A stretch of 45,066 nt of DNA, taken from the NCBI RefSeq assembly GCF_013149785.1, contig NZ_JABEZU010000004.1, forward strand, positions 434,001 through 479,066, given 5' to 3'. This DNA is from Isoptericola halotolerans. GTDB taxonomy: Bacteria; Actinomycetota; Actinomycetes; Actinomycetales; Cellulomonadaceae. Positions 38,567 to 45,066 of the stretch are shown one piece after another. The notes beneath the pieces are model-generated. The model searched no databases. It saw only the letters and a list, made by a program, of their open reading frames with translations, and was not told the origin of the DNA. Every line of letters begins with the position of its first letter. The stretch's first letter is position 1. The translations under genes were made by a program, and so were the position numbers.

Positions 38567-39733
38567 ATGGGTCTCTTCGGCCGCCGCAGACCGCCGACCA
38601 CCCGCACGAGCACCGAGGTGCGACCGCCCGCACACGAGGTTCGTACCGAGGGGGGAGCGTCCCGGCTCTGGTCGGACGGTGTCGGCCGCGTCGCCACGCG
38701 GTCGCTGCAGGTCCTGGCGATCCTCACGGTGGTCTCCGTCTTCGTGTTCGTGGGCACGCGTCTGACGCTCGTGGTGATCCCGGTGCTCGTCGCGCTCGTG
38801 CTGGCGGCGGCGATCTCCCCGCTGGTCTCGTTCCAGCGGCGGCGCGGTGTGCCGTCGATCGTGGCGACGTGGACCTCGCTCCTGACGCTGGTCGTCCTGC
38901 TGGCGGCGGTCGTGTGGCTGGTCGTGCGTGCGGTCGTGGACCAGTGGGACGAGCTGCGCGACCAGGCGCTCGAGGGCTTCGACTCCCTGCAGTCCTACGT
39001 CCAGAACCTGCCCTTCGACATCTCCGAGGAACAGCTCGAGTCGGTGCGGGACTCCGCGGTGGACTTCCTGCAGTCGAGCGCCGTGGGGACCGGCGCCATC
39101 GCGGGCGTCTCCCAGACCGCCGACTTCGTGGCGGGCTTCTTCATCATGATCGTCGTGCTGTTCTTCTTCCTCAAGGACGGCCCGGCGATGTGGGAGTTCC
39201 TGCTGAGGCCGTTCGAGGGGGCGGGCTACGAGCGGGGGCACCGGGTCGGAGCCGCGACGATCAGCACCCTCGGCAACTACGTCCGCGGGACGGCGATCGT
39301 GGCGGCGGTCGACGCGATCGGCATCGGGATCGGGCTCGCGATCGTGGGTGTGCCGCTCGTCATCCCGCTGGCGGTGCTCGTCTTCCTGCTGGCGTTCATC
39401 CCCCTGGTCGGTGCGACGCTGGCGGGGATCCTGGCGGCTCTCGTGGCTCTCGTGGCGGTGGGCCCGGTCGAGGCGCTCATCGTGGTCGCGATCGTCGTCG
39501 GGGTGAACCAGCTCGAGGGCAACTTCCTCCAGCCGATCGTCATGGGCCGGACCCTGCGTCTGCACCCGCTGGTGATCCTCTTCGCGCTGACGACGGGCAC
39601 GGTGCTCGTGGGCATCACGGGCGCCGTCCTGGCGGTGCCGATCGCCGCGTCGATCTGGCGGGCGATCCAGGTGTGGGACGGGCCCGACCAGCCGGCACGC
39701 TTCGCGCGGAAGAAACGTTCCGAGACCGTCTGA
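38567..39733 (+). CDS. AI-2E family transporter
   Basis: 'FFFLKDG', 'FIPLVGA', 'QLEGNFLQP..MG..L.LHP'. Confidence 0.9.
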   Translation: MGLFGRRRPPTTRTSTEVRPPAHEVRTEGGASRLWSDGVGRVATRSLQVLAILTVVSVFVFVGTRLTLVVIPVLVALVLAAAISPLVSFQRRRGVPSIVATWTSLLTLVVLLAAVVWLVVRAVVDQWDELRDQALEGFDSLQSYVQNLPFDISEEQLESVRDSAVDFLQSSAVGTGAIAGVSQTADFVAGFFIMIVVLFFFLKDGPAMWEFLLRPFEGAGYERGHRVGAATISTLGNYVRGTAIVAAVDAIGIGIGLAIVGVPLVIPLAVLVFLLAFIPLVGATLAGILAALVALVAVGPVEALIVVAIVVGVNQLEGNFLQPIVMGRTLRLHPLVILFALTTGTVLVGITGAVLAVPIAASIWRAIQVWDGPDQPARFARKKRSETV

Positions 39734-39774
39734 CGAGGGGTTCGTTCCCCGTCCGGCCGAGGGGCACCAGAAGT

Positions 39775-40407
39775 CTAGGGAGGTCCCGCGCGCTCGCCGG
39801 CGCGATGCAGGACGAACCCTGCGTGGTGCAGGATGCCGCGGTGGTACTGGCCGAAGGCCCAGAAGCCGGTGTCGTCCAGGTAGGTGATGCGATCGTCGTC
39901 GAGCCAGAAGCTGCCGGTGTAGGCGTCGCGTCTGCCGCCCCGCGTCTCGCTGTAACGCCCGTCCGGGCTGAGGTACTGGGTCATGTCGCGGCGGGAGTCC
40001 GTCCATGCGCCCAGGCGGGGGGAGTCCCTGCTGAGGTCGTCCGTGCCTGCAGGACGCCGTGGTGCGCCGTGCCTGACCACCTGCTGCCCATGGACGACGA
40101 CGGCCTCCAGGTCGCGAGGGCTGACGACCAGCATGCTCCGGATCGCCGAGACACCGACCGACCCCTGGATGACGGCGAAGGTCGCCGGACGACCAGGTGT
40201 GAGGTCGAAGCTGTCGTCCGGTGCCGGAGGGCTGGCCGCGAAGACCGTGTCGACGAGCAGGGGCACCACGGAGCACCCGGACGCCTCGATGATCGTCGTG
40301 TCGTCGCAGGAGACGTCGTCCTCGGCGATGACAGGGCCGCTGACCCGCAGGTCACCACGGTGGACCTTGCCCGGAGCGGTGTGGATCGTGGCGTCACGGA
40401 CGAGCAT
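39775..40407 (-). CDS. Atu4866-like domain protein with amidohydrolase-like small domain
   Basis: C-terminal 'L.PDGRYSETRGGR..AY.G.FW...I.YLDDTGFWA.G'. Confidence 0.65.
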   Translation of the reverse strand: MLVRDATIHTAPGKVHRGDLRVSGPVIAEDDVSCDDTTIIEASGCSVVPLLVDTVFAASPPAPDDSFDLTPGRPATFAVIQGSVGVSAIRSMLVVSPRDLEAVVVHGQQVVRHGAPRRPAGTDDLSRDSPRLGAWTDSRRDMTQYLSPDGRYSETRGGRRDAYTGSFWLDDDRITYLDDTGFWAFGQYHRGILHHAGFVLHRAGERAGPP

Positions 40408-40558
40408 GGTCGTCGGGCTCCTCCTCGGTCTCACCGCGGCGGGGGTCGCGGACGTCTCTGGCGACGAACCTACGCGGGTCCCGGTGACGTTGCCTGGTCC
40501 TGCTGCACCCAGGTTGACCAGGGCGGTCCGACCCGCCTCGTGGGTCGCGGCACCCCGC

Positions 40559-41956
40559 TCACGACCCCGTCCCGACGAGCAGGTCGACCGTGACCAGCAC
40601 GTAGTCCTCGTCACGCAGGTCGTCGATGATCTTCGGCACGGCGTCGACGGTGGTCGGGTGGATGTCGTGCAGCAGCACGTTGCTGCCGTCCTTCACCCGG
40701 TCGCGCACGTCCCGGCGGATCTGCTGCGCGTCGCGGGTCCGCCAGTCGTCGCTGTCGAGGCTCCACAGGACGACGTCGAGCCCGGTGCGCGTCGCGAGGG
40801 TCCGGACACGGCCGTCGACGTCGCCGTACGGCGGGCGCAGCAGGAACGGTGTGGACCCGGTGGCGTCGGTGACGGCGTCCTGGGTGCGCCGGAGCTCGTC
40901 GCGCACCTCGGCGTCGTCGAGCGTGGTGAGCTGCGGGTGGCTCCACGAGTGGTTCGCCACCAGGTGACCGCCGTCGGCGACGGCGCGTGCGATCCCGGGA
41001 CGGGCGGCGACGCTCTCACCCAGCAGGAAGAACGTGGCGGGGGCGTCCTTGCGCTCGAGGATCCGCAGCAGGCGCCGTGTGTCCGCGACGGGCCCGTCGT
41101 CGAAGGTCAGCGCGACGCACCTGTCCACGCGGCAGTCGACGCCGTCGTCGCGGGCGGCGGCGAGACGTCCGGTCCGGATGTCGGCCAGCCGGTCGGACCA
41201 GAGGGCCTCGGAGGTCTCGAGCAGGGTGTCGCGCAGGGAGAGGGCCTCGTCCGGGTCGACGGCGTCGGGCCCGGCGTCGAGGGCGGCCCCGGCCTCGGTG
41301 ACCGCCTCGTCGAGCGGACGCAGGGTGCCCGCGCCGACCTGGCCGTCCAGGTCGCTCAGGGCGTCACGGCCCTCGACCGCGGCGGCCTGGAGCTCGTCGT
41401 ACGCCCACTGCCGGCGCGCCTCGACGACGGCGGCGCTCGCCTCGTCGACGTCGGTGGCGGCGGCGTCGAGGTCGGCGGGCGCAGGGTCCGAACCGTCGAC
41501 CGCCTCGACCTGTACCGCCGGGAGGGTCTCGGGGTGGAACGGGTTCGGGCGGGTGACCTCGTCGACGGTCCGTGTCACCTCCTGGTAGGTGACCTCGGTG
41601 TCGCGCAGCTCCTCGGCGTCGTCGAGCGCCGTGGCGAGCGTGTCCCGGACGTCGGGGTCGGGCACCTGGTCCTCGCTGGCCGCGAGGACCGACCGGGCCT
41701 CCTCGGTCGTGCGGTCGAGATCGTCGAGGCTGGACGTGTACGCGTCCTCGGCGCGGGCCTGGGACGCGGCCGCCTCCTCGGTGACGCGGGCGACCTCGGC
41801 CTCGTGCTCCGCCACCGCCCTGACCCAGGCCCGGTGCTCGACCGTCCCGACGGCGACGGCCGCGAGGACCAGGACGACGAGAACGACCCACCACCAGCGC
41901 ACACCACGCCCGCGCTGCGGGGTGTGCTCGGCGGAAGATCCAGGAGAGGTGCTCAC
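40559..41956 (-). CDS. Membrane-anchored polysaccharide deacetylase (NodB/CE4)
   Basis: 'ALTFDDGP', 'NHSWSHP', 'RPPYG', 'DW', 'LLHD'; start 41956 or 41986. Confidence 0.92.
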   Translation of the reverse strand: MSTSPGSSAEHTPQRGRGVRWWWVVLVVLVLAAVAVGTVEHRAWVRAVAEHEAEVARVTEEAAASQARAEDAYTSSLDDLDRTTEEARSVLAASEDQVPDPDVRDTLATALDDAEELRDTEVTYQEVTRTVDEVTRPNPFHPETLPAVQVEAVDGSDPAPADLDAAATDVDEASAAVVEARRQWAYDELQAAAVEGRDALSDLDGQVGAGTLRPLDEAVTEAGAALDAGPDAVDPDEALSLRDTLLETSEALWSDRLADIRTGRLAAARDDGVDCRVDRCVALTFDDGPVADTRRLLRILERKDAPATFFLLGESVAARPGIARAVADGGHLVANHSWSHPQLTTLDDAEVRDELRRTQDAVTDATGSTPFLLRPPYGDVDGRVRTLATRTGLDVVLWSLDSDDWRTRDAQQIRRDVRDRVKDGSNVLLHDIHPTTVDAVPKIIDDLRDEDYVLVTVDLLVGTGS

Positions 41957-41999
41957 AGCACGATCTTCCGGGGAACCCGGTGCCACGGCTACCCCGGGA

Positions 42000-42806
42000 C
42001 TAGACCTCGGTCGACTCCCAGTGCCACGGCTCGTACTTCGAACCCCCGGGACGCGCCCAGGCCGGGTTGACCCAGCCGAGCGCCGGCGCGTTCGCGTCCA
42101 GCCACGCCCAGCGGTCCCCGGCGTAGGTCTCCGGGCAGAGGTCGACGGCGAGGCCCCAGCCGTGGTTGGAGGTGCCGGGGGTGGCGGCGAGGTAGCCCTT
42201 GGCGGCCTTGGTGGCGACCTGCAGCTCGTAGGAGCGGTACCCGTCGGTGAGGCACATCGGCTCCCCGAACCGGGCCGTGTAGAGCTCGTTGAGCTCGGCC
42301 AGCGAGCGGGCGACGTCGGCGCGGACCAGCACGGTCCCGGGCCACGGCGCGCAGAGCTGGTCGCGGGGGATCCGGCCGTTGGACCACCCGGTCGTCACCT
42401 CGACGTCGCAGCCGGGCGGGTTCTCGGGTGCTTCCGGTGCCGGCTGGATGGCACGGTCCGTGCGGGGCAGCCGCTCGTCGCTGCGGGACACGCCCAGGGA
42501 TCGGTCGACCGTCACGGCGGGCGGGTCCTCGACGGCCGGCCGGTCCGGCACGGCCGCGCGGACGGCGGCGGAGCTCACCGTGCGGGTGGTGGTGTCGGCG
42601 TCGGTGGTGGTGCCGGCGGGTTCCGCCTCGGCCAGGTAGGTACCGCCGGTGGTGAGCACCAGGGCGGCGGCGGCCGTGACGCTCAGCGTGACCCGCGGTC
42701 CGGCGGTGGAGCGACGGCGTGGCTTCTCCGCGAAGTGGCGGCCACGGGTGGCCTGACGCGTGCGCCGGGAGGGAGCCGGCGCGGCGGTGTCGCGCGCGTG
42801 CTTCAT
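42000..42806 (-). CDS. M15B-family D,D-carboxypeptidase / peptidoglycan peptidase
   Basis: 'DGYRSY..Q', 'PGTSNHGWGLAVD', 'EPWHW'. Confidence 0.9.
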   Translation of the reverse strand: MKHARDTAAPAPSRRTRQATRGRHFAEKPRRRSTAGPRVTLSVTAAAALVLTTGGTYLAEAEPAGTTTDADTTTRTVSSAAVRAAVPDRPAVEDPPAVTVDRSLGVSRSDERLPRTDRAIQPAPEAPENPPGCDVEVTTGWSNGRIPRDQLCAPWPGTVLVRADVARSLAELNELYTARFGEPMCLTDGYRSYELQVATKAAKGYLAATPGTSNHGWGLAVDLCPETYAGDRWAWLDANAPALGWVNPAWARPGGSKYEPWHWESTEV

Positions 42807-42883
42807 GCCGCGGCTCCCCGGGCCCGACGTCGGCGGTCGGTTCGCGCGTCGGCGGGCGGGCAGGGGTCGTCCATGAGGAATCT

Positions 42884-43040
42884 CCTGACGCCTGCGGGGT
42901 TAGCTGTCGGGTTCGGGTCGGAGACTGACCCGGCCGGCGGAGCCGGCTTCACCCCGAGGACGCGGTGCGCGCCCGAGAAGTGGGTCCCCCGTCCCTGTCG
43001 TGATCTGGGGAGCAACGGGTGGTGACAGGGCTCGGCGAGC
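42884..43040 (-). ncRNA. c-di-AMP (ydaO/yuaA) riboswitch
   Basis: Minus strand: CGCCGAGCCCTG...CAGGGACGGGGGACCCA...GGGGTGAAGCC...GGCCGGG...CCCGAACCCGACAGCTAACCCCGCAGGCG; upstream of a cell-wall peptidase. Confidence 0.9.
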
Positions 43041-43254
43041 CACCCGCGCACCTCGCTTCGCGAGATGGAGAGACCATATCCACTCCCGACCTCTTTGTCA
43101 CGAAGACGTAACGACGATGTCGACCGGGCCTGCCTGCCGGCTCTCGGACCGCCACGAGAACCCGCACCGATGAGTCGTGGCCCCGCCAGGGATCTACCTC
43201 CAGAACGCTCGTGGTCCGACCGGGCCGGGGCGGTGCCGAGGGAGGGGCGTGCAG

Positions 43255-44697
43255 ATGATGAGCGGCGACAGCGGCACGACGGGTGCCCGACGGCGATGGT
43301 GGTGCCTGGCCGTGGTGTGCCTGGCCATGTTCATGGGCGTGCTGGACTCCACGAGCGTGTACGCGGCCTTGCCGGAGATCGCCGCGGAGCTCGACTTCGC
43401 TCCGGCCGAGGTGCAGTGGGTGATCACCGCCTACGGCATGGCGATCGGCGGCCTGCTCCTGCTGGGCGGGCGGCTCGCGGACCGTCTGGGACGACGGCGG
43501 GTCTTCCTGGCCTCGGTGGGGCTGTTCGCGGTGGCGTCGTTGGCGTGCGGGCTGGCGGCCTCCAGCGAGCTGCTGATCGCTGCCAGGGCGCTCCAGGGCG
43601 TCGGTGCGGCCGTGATGACGCCCGCGGGACTCTCCCTCCTGATGGGCGTCTTCCCCGACGGGCCGGACCGCAACAAGGCGCTGGGCATCTGGGGCGGGCT
43701 GGGTGGCACCGGTGCCTCGGTGGGGTTGCTGCTGGGCGGCGTGCTCACGGACCGGGCCGGGTGGGAGTGGATCTTCCTCACCAACGTCCCGGTCTGCCTG
43801 CTCGTGCTCGCCGTGGGTCCGGCCCTGCTGCCCGAGGCCACGGCGCACCGGCAGCGGCTCGACCTGCCGGGCGCGGTCACGGCCACCGGCGGACTGGTGC
43901 TGCTGCTGCTCGCGCTCTTCCGGGTCGCCGAGCACGGGGTCGACACCCTCACGGTGCTCCTCCTCGCGGGAACGGTGGTGGCGGCGGCCCTCTTCGTCGT
44001 CGTCGAGCAGCGCAGCCCGGCGCCGTTGGTGCCGCTGCGGATCTTCGCCTCGCGCGCCCTGGTCGGGGGCAACGTCGTGATCCTGACCGCCGGCATCGCC
44101 GTCGACGGGTTGCTCATCGTCATGACTCTCTACGCTCAGCAGGTGCTGGGCTTCTCGGCGCTCCAGTTCGGCCTGACCATGGCGATCATGACCGTCACGT
44201 CCGTGCTGGGCGTGCTGGCCGGGCAGCACCTGGTGACGCGATCGGGGTTCCGGCTGGTCGCCCCCGGAGGCATGACCGTGCTGGCCGGGGCCCTCGTGCT
44301 GCTGAGCCGCCTCTCGTCCGACGGGACGCTGGTGCGGGACCTGCTGGCGGGCCTGGTGCTGTTCGGCGCCGGGATGGGTGCGGCGTTCGTCGCCGGGCAG
44401 ATCGCCGCGCTGTCCGGCGTCGCGGACGGGGACGCCGGGCTGGCGGCCGGCCTGGAGGAGACCTCCTTCGCCGTCGGGACCACCCTGGGTGCGGCGCTGG
44501 CCTCGGCGGTCGTCGTCGGCTACGCGGTCCGGGACGCCGAGCCGACGACGACGGCACTGACGGACGGGTTCGCCGTGGCCCTGCTGGTGCTGGCCGGCGT
44601 GGCCACGATCGGTGCGGTGCTCGCGGTCACGCTGCTGGGTGCCGGGCGGCGGCACGAGCCGGTGCCCGAGTCCGTGGCGACGGCGGTCGGGCGGTGA
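43255..44697 (+). CDS. MFS transporter, DHA2 (14-TM) family
   Basis: 'LDSTSVYAALPEI', 'QWVITAY', 'GGRLADRLGRRR', 'WEWIFLTNVP'. Confidence 0.92.
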   Translation: MMSGDSGTTGARRRWWCLAVVCLAMFMGVLDSTSVYAALPEIAAELDFAPAEVQWVITAYGMAIGGLLLLGGRLADRLGRRRVFLASVGLFAVASLACGLAASSELLIAARALQGVGAAVMTPAGLSLLMGVFPDGPDRNKALGIWGGLGGTGASVGLLLGGVLTDRAGWEWIFLTNVPVCLLVLAVGPALLPEATAHRQRLDLPGAVTATGGLVLLLLALFRVAEHGVDTLTVLLLAGTVVAAALFVVVEQRSPAPLVPLRIFASRALVGGNVVILTAGIAVDGLLIVMTLYAQQVLGFSALQFGLTMAIMTVTSVLGVLAGQHLVTRSGFRLVAPGGMTVLAGALVLLSRLSSDGTLVRDLLAGLVLFGAGMGAAFVAGQIAALSGVADGDAGLAAGLEETSFAVGTTLGAALASAVVVGYAVRDAEPTTTALTDGFAVALLVLAGVATIGAVLAVTLLGAGRRHEPVPESVATAVGR

Positions 44698-44898
44698 GCG
44701 GCCTCGACCTGACGGCCGAGTTCCACCGGCGTACCCGGCCCGACCGGACCGAGCTGCTGGCGCTCGGGTACCGCTCCCGACCAGCCTGGGCGGTCCCGCG
44801 CAGCCCTGGCCTTCGTCGCCTTCTTCGACCCGCGGCTCTTCGCCCGATTCGGGCTCTCGGGCGCGACAAGGCCGCTCCGTGTGTGACGCTGGTCTCCG

Positions 44899-44929
44899 TT
44901 GACCTCAAGAGCGGTCGAGGTCCTAGGCT
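44899..44929 (+). promoter_or_regulatory. SoxR-type (MerR-class) promoter
   Basis: TTGACC-N19-TAGGCT with dyad CCTCAAGAGCGGTCGAGG (44903-44920) resembling the SoxR box CCTCAAGTTAACTTGAGG. Confidence 0.75.
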
Positions 44930-44965
44930 CGGAATGTCTGATCTCTACGGAAGGACCGATGCACG

Positions 44966-45066
44966 ATGGCCGTCTACACGTTGCCTGACCTGCCCTACGA
45001 CTACAGCGCCCTGGAGCCGCACATCAGCGGCAAGATCATGGAGCTGCACCACGACAAGCACCACGC
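44966..45066 (+). CDS. sodA: Superoxide dismutase Mn/Fe family, 5' end (runs off window)
   Basis: [33 protein letters not shown]. Confidence 0.92.
   Translation, partial: MAVYTLPDLPYDYSALEPHISGKIMELHHDKHH

Noticed and set aside
38426..44655. Long overlapping ORFs (e.g. 38426-40276, 39983-42070, 42949-44655; also 450-2039)
   Set aside because: Arg/Pro/Ala-rich shadow frames of real genes, expected at this GC.
1..45066. tRNA, rRNA or intact integrase genes
   Set aside because: None recognised by eye; tRNAscan-SE and HMM searches would be needed to exclude them formally.

Overview
High-GC actinobacterial chromosome segment, probably Micrococcales (inferred from GC, gene content and promoter style). 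Core genes at the left are an AbiEi/DUF559-like gene between two homologous 62-bp hairpins, a MATE transporter, a DnaA-box cluster and dnaB with a class 3 intein. Right after the dnaB stop, whose last 59 codons switch to foreign codon usage, a ~22-29 kb accessory region begins. It is full of pseudogenes and IS remnants but holds one intact six-gene module (9786-14670): aGPT-Pplase1/5-hmdU-type protein, thymidylate synthase-like enzyme, dTMP kinase, Nmad2-like Zn-ribbon protein, TIR protein and double-SLATT membrane protein. Two exact PafBC/RecA-NDp-type DNA-damage promoter motifs lie upstream of its plus-strand genes. This candidate base-modification-coupled defence system is the best lead. 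An unannotated ~81-bp non-coding element occurs three times at module boundaries, and two copies bracket a LacI/ABC/GH120 sugar cluster. The right part is ordinary: GNATs, AI-2E, deacetylase, c-di-AMP riboswitch plus M15 peptidase, MFS, and the start of sodA behind a SoxR-type promoter. All family calls come from motif recognition by eye, not database searches.
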